Source: Eledone cirrhosa
Taxonomy: Eukaryota
Length of the DNA: 64,000 nt
Direction: 5' to 3'
NCBI GenBank assembly: GCA_964016885.1
Contig: OZ024742.1
Location: 337,962,001-338,026,000 of the forward strand
The notes under the pieces were generated by a model. That model saw only the letters and a program-made list of their open reading frames with translations. It did not search any database and was not told where the DNA came from. Positions 30,001 through 45,000 of the stretch are shown here, in pieces. The translations under genes and the position numbers were made by a program. The first letter of the stretch is position 1. Each line of letters opens with the position of its first letter.

Positions 30001-33000
30001 ACACTCTTTTACTGGTTTCATTCATTAGACTGCGGCCATGCTGGGGCAGCACACTCTTTTACTGGTTTCATTCATTAGACTGCGGCCATGCTTGGGCAGC
30101 ACACTCTTTTATTGGTTTCATTCATTAGACTGCGGCCATGCTGGGGCAGCACACTCTTTTACTGGTTTCATTCATTAGACTGTGGCCATGCTGGGGCAGC
30201 ACACTCTTTTACTGGTTTCATTCATTAGACTGTGGCTATGCTGGGGTAGCACACTCTTTTACTGGTTTCATTCATTAGACTGCGGCCATGCTGGGGCAGC
30301 ACACTCTTTTACTGGTTTCATTCATTAGACTGTGGCCATGCTGGGGCAGCACACTCTTTTACTGGTTTCATTCATTAGACTGTGGCTATGCTGGGGTAGC
30401 ACACTCTTTTACTGGTTTCATTCATTAGACTGTGGCCATGCTGGGGCAGCACACTCTTTTACTGGTTTCATTCATTAGACTGCGGCCATGCTGGGGCAGC
30501 ACACTCTTTTACTGGTTTCAGCCATTAGACTGTGGCCATGCTGGGGCAGCACACTCTTTTACTGGTTTCATTCATTAGACTGCGGCCATGCTGGGGCAGC
30601 ACACTCTTTTACTGGTTTCAGCCATTAGACTGTGGCCATGCTGGGGCAGCACACTCTTTTACTGGTTTCATTCATTAGACTGCGGCCATGCTGGGGCAGC
30701 ACACTCTTTTATTGGTTTCATTCATTAGACTGCGGCCATGCTGGGGCAGCACACTCTTTTACTGGTTTCATTCATTAGACTGTGGCCATGCTGGGGCAGC
30801 ACACTCTTTTACTGGTTTCATTCATTAGACTGTGGCTATGCTGGGGTAGCACACTCTTTTACTGGTTTCATTCATTAGACTGTGGCCATGCTGGGGCAGC
30901 ACACTCTTTTACTGGTTTCATTCATTAGACTGTGGCCATGCTGGGGCAGCACACTCTTTTATTGGTTTCAGCCATTAGACTGTGGCCATGCTGGGGCAGC
31001 ACACTCTTTTACTGGTTTCATTCATTAGACTGCGGCCATGCTGGGGCAGCACACTCTTTTATTGGTTTCATTCATTAGACTGCGGCCATGCTGGGGCAGC
31101 ACACTCTTTTACTGGTTTCACTCGTTAGACTGTGGCCATGTTGGGGCAGCACACTCTTTTACTGGTTTCATTCATTAGACTGCGGCCATGCTGGGGCAGC
31201 ACACTCTTTTATTGGTTTCATTCATTAGACTGCGGCCATGCTGGGGCAGCACACTCTTTTACTGGTTTCATTCATTAGACTGTGGCTATGCTGGGGTAGC
31301 ACACTCTTTTACTGGTTTCATTCATTAGACTGCGGCCATGCTGGGGCAGCACACTCTTTTACTGGTTTCATTCATTAGACTGCGGCCATGCTGGGGCAGC
31401 ACACTCTTTTATTGGTTTCATTCATTAGACTGCGGCCATGCTGGGGCAGCACACTCTTTTACTGGTTTCATTCATTAGACTGTGGCCATGCTGGGGCAGC
31501 ACACTCTTTTACTGGTTTCATTCATTAGACTGTGGCTATGCTGGGGTAGCACACTCTTTTACTGGTTTCATTCATTAGACTGCGGCCATGCTGGGGCAGC
31601 ACACTCTTTTACTGGTTTCATTCATTAGACTGCGGCCATGCTGGGGCAGCACACTCTTTTACTGGTTTCATTCATTAGACTGAGGCCATGCTGGGGCAGC
31701 ACACTCTTTTATTGGTTTCATTCATTAGACTGTGGCCATGCTGGGGCAGCACACTCTTTTATTGGTTTCAGCCATTAGACTGCGGCCATGCTGGGGCAGC
31801 ACACTCTTTTACTGGTTTCATTCATTAGACTGAGGCCATGCTGGGGCAGCACACTCTTTTATTGGTTTCATTCATTAGACTGAGGCCATGCTGGGGCAGC
31901 ACACTCTTTTATTGGTTTCATTCATTAGACTGTGGCCATGCTGGGGCAGCACACTCTTTTATTGGTTTCAGCCATTAGACTGCGGCCATGCTGGGGCAGC
32001 ACACTCTTTTACTGGTTTCATTCATTAGACTGAGGCCATGCTGGGGCAGCACACTCTTTTATTGGTTTCATTCATTAGACTGCGGCCATGCTGGGGCAGC
32101 ACACTCTTTTACTGGTTTCATTCATTAGACTGTGGCCATGCTGGGGCAGCACACTCTTTTACTGGTTTCATTCATTAGACTGTGGCTATGCTGGGGTAGC
32201 ACACTCTTTTATTGGTTTCAGCCATTAGACTGTGGCCATGCTGGGGCAGCACACTCTTTTATTGGTTTCATTCATTAGACTGCGGCCATGCTGGGGCAGC
32301 ACACTCTTTTACTGGTTTCATTCATTAGACAGTGGCTATGCTGGGGTAGCACACTCTTTTATTGGTTTCAGCCATTAGACTGCGGCCATGCTGGGGCAGC
32401 ACACTCTTTTATTGGTTTCATTCATTAGACTGCGGCCATGCTGGGGCAGCACACTCTTTTACTGGTTTCATTCATTAGACTGTGGCTATGCTGGGGTAGC
32501 ACACTCTTTTATTGGTTTCAGCCATTAGACTGTGGCCATGCTGGGGCAGCACACTCTTTTATTGGTTTCATTCATTAGACTGCGGCCATGCTGGGGCAGC
32601 ACACTCTTTTACTGGTTTCATTCATTAGACTGTGGCTATGCTGGGGTAGCACACTCTTTTATTGGTTTCAGCCATTAGACTGCGGCCATGCTGGGGTAGC
32701 ACACTCTTTTATTGGTTTCAGCCATTAGACTGCGGCCATGCTGGGGCAGCACACTCTTTTACTGGTTTCATTCTTTAGACTGTGGCCATGCTGGGGCAGC
32801 ACACTCTTTTACTGGTTTCATTCATTAGACTGAGGCCATGCTGGGGCAGCACACTCTTTTATTGGTTTCATTCATTAGACTGCGGCCATGCTGGGGCAGC
32901 ACACTCTTTTACTGGTTTCATTCATTAGACTGAGGCCATGCTGGGGCAGCACACTCTTTTATTGGTTTCATTCATTAGACTGCGGCCATGCTGGGGCAGC

Positions 33001-36000
33001 ACACTCTTTTACTGGTTTCATTCATTAGACTGAGGCCATGCTGGGGCAGCACACTCTTTTATTGGTTTCATTCATTAGACTGCGGCCATGCTGGGGCAGC
33101 ACACTCTTTTACTGGTTTCATTCATTAGACTGTGGCTATGCTGGGGTAGCACACTCTTTTACTGGTTTCATTCATTAGACTGCGGCCATGCTGGGGCAGC
33201 ACACTCTTTTACTGGTTTCATTCATTAGACTGCGGCCATGCTGGGGCAGCACACTCTTTTATTGGTTTCATTCATTAGACTGCGGCCATGCTGGGGCAGC
33301 ACACTCTTTTACTGGTTTCATTCATTAGACTGTGGCTATGCTGGGGTAGCACACTCTTTTATTGGTTTCAGCCATTAGACTGCGGCCATGCTGGGGCAGC
33401 ACACTCTTTTACTGGTTTCATTCTTTAGACTGTGGCCATGCTGGGGCAGCACACTCTTTTACTGGTTTCATTCATTAGACTGCGGCCATGCTGGGGCAGC
33501 ACACTCTTTTATTGGTTTCATTCATTAGACTGCGGCCATGCTGGGGCAGCACACTCTTTTACTGGTTTCACTCGTTAGACTGTGGCCATGCTGGGGCAGC
33601 ACACTCTTTTACTGGTTTCAGCCATTAGACTGAGGCCATGCTGGGGCAGCACACTCTTTTACTGGTTTCATTCATTAGACTGCGGCCATGCTGGGGCAGC
33701 ACACTCTTTTACTGGTTTCAGCCATTAGACTGAGGCCATGCTGGGGCAGCACACTCTTTTACTGGTTTCATTCATTAGACTGCGGCCATGCTGGGGCAGC
33801 ACACTCTTTTACTGGTTTCAGCCATTAGACTGAGGCCATGCTGGGGCAGCACACTCTTTTACTGGTTTCATTCATTAGACTGCGGCCATGCTGGGGCAGC
33901 ACACTCTTTTACTGGTTTCAGCCATTAGACTGCGGCCATGCTGGGGCAGCACACTCTTTTACTGGTTTCATTCATTAGACTGCGGCCATGCTGGGGCAGC
34001 ACACTCTTTTACTGGTTTCAGCCATTAGACTGAGGCCATGCTGGGGCAGCACACTCTTTTACTGGTTTCAGCCATGCTGGGGCAGCACACTCTTTTACTG
34101 GTTTCAGTCATTAGACTGTGGCCATGCTGGGGCAGCACACTCTTTTACTGGTTTCAGCCATTAGTCTGTGGCCATGCTGGGGCAGCACACTCTTTTACTG
34201 GTTTCAGCCATTAGACTGTGGCCATGCTGGGGCAGCACACTCTTTTACTGGTTTCAGCCATTAAATTGTGGCCATACTGGGGCAGCACGCTCTTTTACTG
34301 GTTTCAGCCATTAGACTGTAGCCATGCTGGGGCAGCACACTCTTTTACTGGTTTCAGTCATTAGACTGCGGCCATGCTGGGGCAGCACACTCTTTTACTG
34401 GTTTCATTCATTAGACTGTGGCCATGCTGGGGCAGCACACTCTTTTACTGGTTTCAGCCATTAGACTGTAGCCATGCTGGGGCAGCACACTCTTTTACTG
34501 GTTTCAGCCATTAGACTGTGGCCATGCTGGGGCAGCACACTCTTTTACTGGTTTCAGCCATTAGACTGCGGCCATGCTGGGGCAGCACACACTTTTACTG
34601 GTTTCATTCATTAGACTGTGGCCATGCTGGGGCAGCACACCCTTTTACTGGTTTCATTCATTAGACTGTGGCCATGCTGGGGCAGAACACTCTTTTACTG
34701 GTTTCAGTCACGAGACTGCGGCCATGCTGGGGCAGCACACTCTTTTACTGGTTTCACCCATTAGACTGTGGCCATGCTGGGGCAGCACACTCTTTTACTG
34801 GTTTCAGTCATTAGACTGTGGCCATGCTGGTGCAGCACACTCTTTTACTGGTTTAAGTCATTAGACTGTGGCCATGCTGGGGCAGCACACTCTTTTACTG
34901 GTTTCATTCATTAGACTGAGGCCATGCTGAGGCAGCACACTCTTTTACTGGTTTCATTTATTAGACTGTGGCCATGCTGGGGCAGCACACTCTTTTACTG
35001 GTTTCAGCCATTAGACTGTGGCCATGCTGGGGCAGCACACTCTTTTACTGGTTTCAGTCACGAGACTGCGGCCATGCTGGGGCAGCACACTTTTTTACTG
35101 GTTTCAGTCACGAGACTGCGGCCATGCTGGGGCAGCACACTCTTTTACTGGTTTCAGTCATTAGACTGCGGCCTTGCTGGGGCAGCACACTCTTTTACTG
35201 GTTTCAGTTACTAGACTGCGGCCATGCTGGGGCAGCACACTCTTTTACTGGTTTCATTCATTAGACTGAGGCCATGCTGGGGCAGCACACTCTTTTACTG
35301 GTTTCATTCATTAGACTGCGGCCATGCTGGGGCAGCACACTCTTTTACTGGTTTCAGTCATTAGACTGCGGCCTTGCTGGGGCAGCACACTTTTTTACTG
35401 GTTTCAGTCACGAGACTGCGGCCATGCTGGGGCAGCACACTCTTTTACTGGTTTCAGTCATTAGACTGCGGCCTTGCTGGGGCAGCACACTCTTTTACTG
35501 GTTTCAGTTACTAGACTGCGGCCATGCTGGGGCAGCACACTCTTTTACTGGTTTCATTCATTAGACTGAGGCCATGCTGGGGCAGCACACTTTTTTACTG
35601 GTTTCAGTCACGAGACTGCGGCCATGCTGGGGCAGCACACTCTTTTACTGGTTTCAGTCACTAGACTGAGGTTATGCTGGGGCAGCACACTCTTTTATTG
35701 GTTTCATTCATTAGACTGAGGCCATGCTGGGGCATCACACTCTTTTACTGGTTTCATTCATTAGACTGAGGCCATGCTGGGGCATCACACTCTTCTACTG
35801 GTTTCATTCATTAGACTGAGGCCATGCTGGGGCAGCACGCTCTTTTACTGGTTTCATTCATTAGACTGTGGCCATGCTGGGGCAGCACACTCTTTTACTG
35901 GTTTCAGCCATTAGACTGAGGCCATGCTGGGGCAGCACACTCTTTTACTGGTTTCATTCATTAGACTGCGGCCATGCTGGGGCAGCACACTCTTTTACTG

Positions 36001-39000
36001 GTTTCAGCCATTAGACTGAGGCCATGCTGGGGCAGCACACTCTTTTACTGGTTTCATTCATTAGACTGCGGCCATGCTGGGGCAGCACACTCTTTTACTG
36101 GTTTCATTCATTAGACTGTGGCCATGCTGGGGCAGCACACTCTTTTACTGGTTTCATTCATTAGACTGCGGCCATGCTGGGGCAGCACACTCTTTTACTG
36201 GTTTCAGCCATTAGACTGAGGCCATGCTGGGGCAGTACACTCTTTTACTGGTTTCAGCCATTAGACTGAGGCCATGCTGGGGCAGCACACTCTTTTACTG
36301 GTTTCAGCCATTAGACTGCGGCCATGCTGGGGCAGCACACTCTTTTACTGGTTTCAGCCATTAGACTGAGGCCATGCTGGGGCAGCACACTCTTTTACTG
36401 GTTTCAGCCATTAGACTGAGGCCATGCTGGGGCAGCACACTCTTTTACTGGTTTCAGCCATTAGACTGCGGCCATGCTGGGGCAGCACACTCTTTTACTG
36501 GTTTCAGCCATTAGACTGCGGCCATGCTGGGGCAGCACACTCTTTTACTGGTTTCATTCATTACACTGTGGCCATGCTGGGGCAGCACACTCTTTTACTG
36601 GTTTCATTCATTCATTAGACTGTGGCCATGCTGGGGCAGCACACTCTTTTACTGGTTTCATTCATTAGACTGCGGCCATGCTGGGGCAGCACACTCTTTT
36701 ACTGGTTTCATTCATTAGACTGCGGCCATGCTGGGGCAGCACACTCTTTTACTGGTTTCATTCATTACACTGTGGCCATGCTGGGGCAGCACACTCTTTT
36801 ACTGGTTTCATTCATTCATTAGACTGTGGCCATGCTGGGGCAGCACACTCTTTTACTGGTTTCATTCATTAGACTGCGGCCATGCTGGGGCAGCACACTC
36901 TTTTACTGGTTTCATTCATTAGACTGCGGCCATGCTGGGGCAGCACACTCTTTTACTGGTTTCAGCCATTAGACTGTGGCCATGCTGGGGCAGCACACTC
37001 TTTTACTGGTTTCATTCATTAGACTGTGGCCATGCTGGGTCAGCACACTCTTTTACTGGTTTCATTCATTAGACTGTGGCCATGCTGGGGCAGCACACTC
37101 TTTTACTGGTTTCATTCATTACACTGTGGCCATGCTGGGGCAGCACACTCTTTTACTGGTTTCATTCATTAGACTGTGGCCATGCTGGGGCAGCACACTC
37201 TTTTACTGGTTTCATTCATTACACTGTGGCCATGCTGGGGCAGCACACTCTTTTACTGGTTTCATTCATTAGACTGTGGCCATGCTGGGGTAGCACACTC
37301 TTTTACTGGTTTCATTCATTAGACTGCGGCCATGCTGGGGCAGCACACTCTTTTACTGGTTTCATTCATTAGACTGCGGCCATGCTGGGGCAGCACACTC
37401 TTTTACTGGTTTCATTCATTAGACTGCGGCCATGCTGGGGCAGCACACTCTTTTACTGGTTTCAGCCATTAGACTGCGGCCATGCTGGGGCAGCACACTC
37501 TTTTACTGGTTTCAGCCATTAGACTGCGGCCATGCTGGGGCAGCACACTCTTTTACTGGTTTCATTCATTACACTGTGGCCATGCTGGGGCAGCACACTC
37601 TTTTACTGGTTTCATTCATTCATTAGACTGTGGCCATGCTGGGGCAGCACACTCTTTTACTGGTTTCATTCATTAGACTGCGGCCATGCTGGGGCAGCAC
37701 ACTCTTTTACTGGTTTCAGCCATTAGACTGAGGCCATGCTGGGGCAGCACACTCTTTTACTGGTTTCATTCATTAGACTGCGGCCATGCTGGGGCAGCAC
37801 ACTCTTTTACTGGTTTCATTCATTAGACTGCGGCCATGCTGGGGCAGCACACTCTTTTACTGGTTTCAGCCATTAGACTGTGGCCATGCTGGGGCAGCAC
37901 ACTCTTTTACTGGTTTCATTCATTAGACTGTGGCCATGCTGGGTCAGCACACTCTTTTACTGGTTTCATTCATTAGACTGTGGCCATGCTGGGGCAGCAC
38001 ACTCTTTTACTGGTTTCATTCATTACACTGTGGCCATGCTGGGGCAGCACACTCTTTTACTGGTTTCATTCATTAGACTGTGGCCATGCTGGGGCAGCAC
38101 ACTCTTTTACTGGTTTCATTCATTAGACTGCGGCCATGCTGGGGCAGCACACTCTTTTACTGGTTTCATTCATTACACTGTGGCCATGCTGGGGCAGCAC
38201 ACTCTTTTACTGGTTTCATTCATTACACTGTGGCCATGCTGGGGCAGCACACTCTTTTACTGGTTTCATTCATTACACTGTGGCCATGCTGGGGCAGCAC
38301 ACTCTTTTACTGGTTTCATTCATTAGACTGCGGCCATGCTGGGGCAGCACACTCTTTTACTGGTTTCATTCATTACACTGTGGCCATGCTGGGGCAGCAC
38401 ACTCTTTTACTGGTTTCATTCATTCATTAGACTGTGGCCATGCTGGGGCAGCACACTCTTTTACTGGTTTCATTCATTAGACTGCGGCCATGCTGGGGCA
38501 GCACACTCTTTTACTGGTTTCATTCATTAGACTGCGGCCATGCTGGGGCAGCACACTCTTTTACTGGTTTCAGCCATTAGACTGTGGCCATGCTGGGGCA
38601 GCACACTCTTTTACTGGTTTCATTCATTAGACTGTGGCCATGCTGGGTCAGCACACTCTTTTACTGGTTTCATTCATTAGACTGTGGCCATGCTGGGGCA
38701 GCACACTCTTTTACTGGTTTCATTCATTACACTGTGGCCATGCTGGGGCAGCACACTCTTTTACTGGTTTCATTCATTAGACTGTGGCCATGCTGGGGCA
38801 GCACACTCTTTTACTGGTTTCATTCATTACACTGTGGCCATGCTGGGGCAGCACACTCTTTTACTGGTTTCATTCATTAGACTGTGGCCATGCTGGGGTA
38901 GCACACTCTTTTACTGGTTTCATTCATTAGACTGCGGCCATGCTGGGGCAGCACACTCTTTTACTGGTTTCATTCATTAGACTGCGGCCATGCTGGGGCA

Positions 39001-42000
39001 GCACACTCTTTTACTGGTTTCATTCATTAGACTGCGGCCATGCTGGGGCAGCACACTCTTTTACTGGTTTCAGCCATTAGACTGCGGCCATGCTGGGGCA
39101 GCACACTCTTTTACTGGTTTCAGCCATTAGACTGCGGCCATGCTGGGGCAGCACACTCTTTTACTGGTTTCATTCATTACACTGTGGCCATGCTGGGGCA
39201 GCACACTCTTTTACTGGTTTCATTCATTCATTAGACTGTGGCCATGCTGGGGCAGCACACTCTTTTACTGGTTTCATTCATTAGACTGCGGCCATGCTGG
39301 GGCAGCACACTCTTTTACTGGTTTCAGCCATTAGACTGAGGCCATGCTGGGGCAGCACACTCTTTTACTGGTTTCATTCATTAGACTGCGGCCATGCTGG
39401 GGCAGCACACTCTTTTACTGGTTTCATTCATTAGACTGCGGCCATGCTGGGGCAGCACACTCTTTTACTGGTTTCAGCCATTAGACTGTGGCCATGCTGG
39501 GGCAGCACACTCTTTTACTGGTTTCATTCATTAGACTGTGGCCATGCTGGGTCAGCACACTCTTTTACTGGTTTCATTCATTAGACTGTGGCCATGCTGG
39601 GGCAGCACACTCTTTTACTGGTTTCATTCATTACACTGTGGCCATGCTGGGGCAGCACACTCTTTTACTGGTTTCATTCATTAGACTGTGGCCATGCTGG
39701 GGCAGCACACTCTTTTACTGGTTTCATTCATTAGACTGCGGCCATGCTGGGGCAGCACACTCTTTTACTGGTTTCATTCATTACACTGTGGCCATGCTGG
39801 GGCAGCACACTCTTTTACTGGTTTCATTCATTACACTGTGGCCATGCTGGGGCAGCACACTCTTTTACTGGTTTCATTCATTACACTGTGGCCATGCTGG
39901 GGCAGCACACTCTTTTACTGGTTTCATTCATTAGACTGCGGCCATGCTGGGGCAGCACACTCTTTTACTGGTTTCATTCATTAGACTGCGGCCATGCTGG
40001 GGCAGCACACTCTTTTACTGGTTTCAGCCATTAGACTGTGGCCATGCTGGGGCAGCACACTCTTTTACTGGTTTCATTCATTAGACTGTGGCCATGCTGG
40101 GTCAGCACACTCTTTTACTGGTTTCATTCATTAGACTGTGGCCATGCTGGGGCAGCACACTCTTTTACTGGTTTCATTCATTACACTGTGGCCATGCTGG
40201 GGCAGCACACTCTTTTACTGGTTTCATTCATTACACTGTGGCCATGCTGGGGCAGCACACTCTTTTACTGGTTTCATTCATTAGACTGCGGCCATGCTGG
40301 GGCAGCACACTCTTTTACTGGTTTCATTCATTAGACTGCGGCCATGCTGGGGCAGCACACTCTTTTACTGGTTTCAGCCATTAGACTGTGGCCATGCTGG
40401 GGCAGCACACTCTTTTACTGGTTTCATTCATTAGACTGTGGCCATGCTGGGTCAGCACACTCTTTTACTGGTTTCATTCATTAGACTGTGGCCATGCTGG
40501 GGCAGCACACTCTTTTACTGGTTTCATTCATTACACTGTGGCCATGCTGGGGCAGCACACTCTTTTACTGGTTTCATTCATTAGACTGCGGCCATGCTGG
40601 GGCAGCACACTCTTTTACTGGTTTCATTCATTAGACTGAGGCCATGCTGGGGCAGCACACTCTTTTATTGGTTTCATTCATTAGACTGAGGCCATGCTGG
40701 GGCAGCACACTCTTTTACTGGTTTCATTCATTAGACTGCGGCCATGCTGGGGCAGCACACTCTTTTACTGGTTTCATTCATTAGAGTGTGGCCATGCTGG
40801 GGCAGCACACTCTTTTACTGGTTTCATTCATTAGACTGCGGCCATGCTGGGGCAGCACACTCTTTTACTGGTTTCATTCATTAGACTGCGGCCATGCTGG
40901 GGCAGCACACTCTTTTACTGGTTTCATTCATTAGACTGCGGCCATGCTGGGGCAGCACACTCTTTTACTGGTTTCATTCATTAGACTGCGGCCATGCTGG
41001 GGCAGCACACTCTTTTATTGGTTTCATTCATTAGACTGCGGCCATGCTGGGGCAGCACACTCTTTTACTGGTTTCATTCATTAGACTGTGGCCATGCTGG
41101 GGCAGCACACTCTTTTACTGGTTTCATTCATTAGACTGTGGCTATGCTGGGGTAGCACACTCTTTTACTGGTTTCATTCATTAGACTGCGGCCATGCTGG
41201 GGCAGCACACTCTTTTATTGGTTTCATTCATTAGACTGCGGCCATGCTGGGGCAGCACACTCTTTTACTGGTTTCACTCGTTAGACTGTGGCCATGCTGG
41301 GGCAGCACACTCTTTTACTGGTTTCAGCCATTAGACTGCGGCCATGCTGGGGCAGCACACTCTTTTACTGGTTTCATTCTTTAGACTGAGGCCATGCTGG
41401 GGCAGCACACTCTTTTACTGGTTTCATTCATTAGACTGCGGCCATGCTGGGGCAGCACACTCTTTTATTGGTTTCATTCATTAGACTGAGGCCATGCTGG
41501 GGCAGCACACTCTTTTACTGGTTTCATTCATTAGACTGCGGCCATGCTGGGGCAGCACACTCTTTTATTGGTTTCATTCATTAGACTGCGGCCATGCTGG
41601 GGCAGCACACTCTTTTACTGGTTTCATTCATTAGACTGTGGCCATGCTGGGGCAGCACACTCTTTTACTGGTTTCAGCCATTAGACTGAGGCCATGCTGG
41701 GGCAGCACACTCTTTTACTGGTTTCAGCCATTAGACTGAGGCCATGCTGGGGCAGCACACTCTTTTACTGGTTTCAGCCATTAGACTGAGGCCATGCTGG
41801 GGTAGCACACTCTTTTACTGGTTTCATTCATTAGACTGCGGCCATGCTGGGGCAGCACACTCTTTTACTGGTTTCATTCATTAGACTGTGGCCATGCTGG
41901 GGCAGCACACTCTTTTACTGGTTTCATTCATTAGACTGCGGCCATGCTGGGGCAGCACACTCTTTTACTGGTTTCATTCATTAGACTGTGGCCATGCTGG

Positions 42001-45000
42001 GGCAGCACACTCTTTTACTGGTTTCATTCATTAGACTGTGGCCATGCTGGGGCAGCACACTCTTTTACTGGTTTCAGCCATTAGACTGAGGCCATGCTGG
42101 GGCAGCACACTCTTTTACTGGTTTCAGCCATTAGACTGAGGCCATGCTGGGGCAGCACACTCTTTTACTGGTTTCATTCATTAGACTGAGGCCATGCTGG
42201 GGCAGCACACTCTTTTACTGGTTTCAGCCATTAGACTGAGGCCATGCTGGGGCAGCACACTCTTTTACTGGTTTCATTCATTAGACTGAGGCCATGCTGG
42301 GGCAGCACACTCTTTTACTGGTTTCAGCCATTAGACTGAGGCCATGCTGGGGCAGCACACTCTTTTACTGGTTTCATTCATTAGACTGAGGCCATGCTGG
42401 GGCAGCACACTCTTTTACTGGTTTCAGCCATTAGACTGAGGCCATGCTGGGGCAGCACACTCTTTTACTGGTTTCAGCCATTAGACTGAGGCCATGCTGG
42501 GGCAGCACACTCTTTTACTGGTTTCATTCATTAGACTGCGGCCATGCTGGGGCAGCACACTCTTTTACTGGTTTCATTCATTAGACTGCGGCCATGCTGG
42601 GGCAGCACACTCTTTTACTGGTTTCATTCATTAGACTGTGGCCATGCTGGGGCAGCACACTCTTTTACTGGTTTCATTCATTAGACTGTGGCCATGCTGG
42701 GGCAGCACACTCTTTTACTGGTTTCAGCCATTAGACTGAGGCCATGCTGGGGCAGCACACTCTTTTACTGGTTTCAGCCATTAGACTGAGGCCATGCTGG
42801 GGCAGCACACTCTTTTACTGGTTTCATTCATTAGACTGAGGCCATGCTGGGGCAGCACACTCTTTTACTGGTTTCAGCCATTAGACTGAGGCCATGCTGG
42901 GGCAGCACACTCTTTTACTGGTTTCATTCATTAGACTGAGGCCATGCTGGGGCAGCACACTCTTTTACTGGTTTCAGCCATTAGACTGAGGCCATGCTGG
43001 GGCAGCACACTCTTTTACTGGTTTCAGCCATTAGACTGAGGCCATGCTGGGGCAGCACACTCTTTTACTGGTTTCATTCATTAGACTGCGGCCATGCTGG
43101 GGCAGCACACTCTTTTACTGGTTTCATTCATTAGACTGCGGCCATGCTGGGGCAGCACACTCTTTTACTGGTTTCATTCATTAGACTGTGGCCATGCTGG
43201 GGCAGCACACTCTTTTACTGGTTTCATTCATTAGACTGTGGCCATGCTGGGGCAGCACACTCTTTTACTGGTTTCAGCCATTAGACTGAGGCCATGCTGG
43301 GGCAGCACACTCTTTTACTGGTTTCAGCCATTAGACTGAGGCCATGCTGGGGCAGCACACTCTTTTACTGGTTTCATTCATTAGACTGAGGCCATGCTGG
43401 GGCAGCACACTCTTTTACTGGTTTCAGCCATTAGACTGAGGCCATGCTGGGGCAGCACACTCTTTTACTGGTTTCATTCATTAGACTGAGGCCATGCTGG
43501 GGCAGCACACTCTTTTACTGGTTTCAGCCATTAGACTGAGGCCATGCTGGGGCAGCACACTCTTTTACTGGTTTCATTCATTAGACTGAGGCCATGCTGG
43601 GGCAGCACACTCTTTTACTGGTTTCAGCCATTAGACTGAGGCCATGCTGGGGCAGCACACTCTTTTACTGGTTTCAGCCATTAGACTGAGGCCATGCTGG
43701 GGCAGCACACTCTTTTACTGGTTTCACCCATTAGACTGCGGCCATGCTGGGGCAGCACACTCTTTTACTGGTTTCATTCATTAGACTGTGGCCATGCTGG
43801 GGCAGCACACTCTTTTACTGGTTTCATTCATTAGACTGTGGCTATGCTGGGGTAGCACACTCTTTTACTGGTTTCATTCATTAGACTGTGGCCATGCTGG
43901 GGCAGCACACTCTTTTACTGGTTTCATTCATTAGACTGCGGCCATGCTGGGGCAGCACACTCTTTTATTGGTTTCATTCATTAGACTGCGGCCATGCTGG
44001 GGCAGCACACTCTTTTACTGGTTTCATTCATTAGACTGCGGCCATGCTGGGGCAGCACACTCTTTTACTGGTTTCATTCATTAGACTGCGGCCATGCTGG
44101 GGCAGCACACTCTTTTACTGGTTTCATTCATTAGACTGTGGCTATGCTGGGGCAGCACACTCTTTTACTGGTTTCATTCATTAGACTGCGGCCATGCTGG
44201 GGCAGCACACTCTTTTACTGGTTTCAGCCATTAGACTGTGGCCATGCTGGGGCAGCACACTCTTTTACTGGTTTCATTCATTAGACTGCGGCCATGCTGG
44301 GGCAGCACACTCTTTTACTGGTTTCACTCGTTAGACTGTGGCCATGCTGGGGTAGCACACTCTTTTACTGGTTTCACTCGTTAGACTGTGGCCATGCTGG
44401 GGCAGCACACTCTTTTACTGGTTTCAGCCATTAGACTGTGGCTATGCTGGGGTAGCACACTCTTTTACTGGTTTCACTCGTTAGACTGTGGCCATGCTGG
44501 GGCAGCACACTCTTTTACTGGTTTCAGCCATTAGACTGTGGCTATGCTGGGGTAGCACACTCTTTTACTGGTTTCACTCGTTAGACTGTGGCCATGCTGG
44601 GGCAGCACACTCTTTTACTGGTTTCAGCCATTAGACTGTGGCTATGCTGGGGTAGCACACTCTTTTACTGGTTTCACTCGTTAGACTGTGGCCATGCTGG
44701 GGCAGCACACTCTTTTACTGGTTTCATTCATTAGACTGTGGCTATGCTGGGGTAGCACACTCTTTTACTGGTTTCACTCGTTAGACTGTGGCCATGCTGG
44801 GGCAGCACACTCTTTTACTGGTTTCAGCCATTAGACTGAGGCCATGCTGGGGCAGCACACTCTTTTACTGGTTTCAGCCATTAGACTGAGGCCATGCTGG
44901 GGTAGCACACTCTTTTACTGGTTTCATTCATTAGACTGCGGCCATGCTGGGGCAGCACACTCTTTTACTGGTTTCATTCATTAGACTGCGGCCATGCTGG

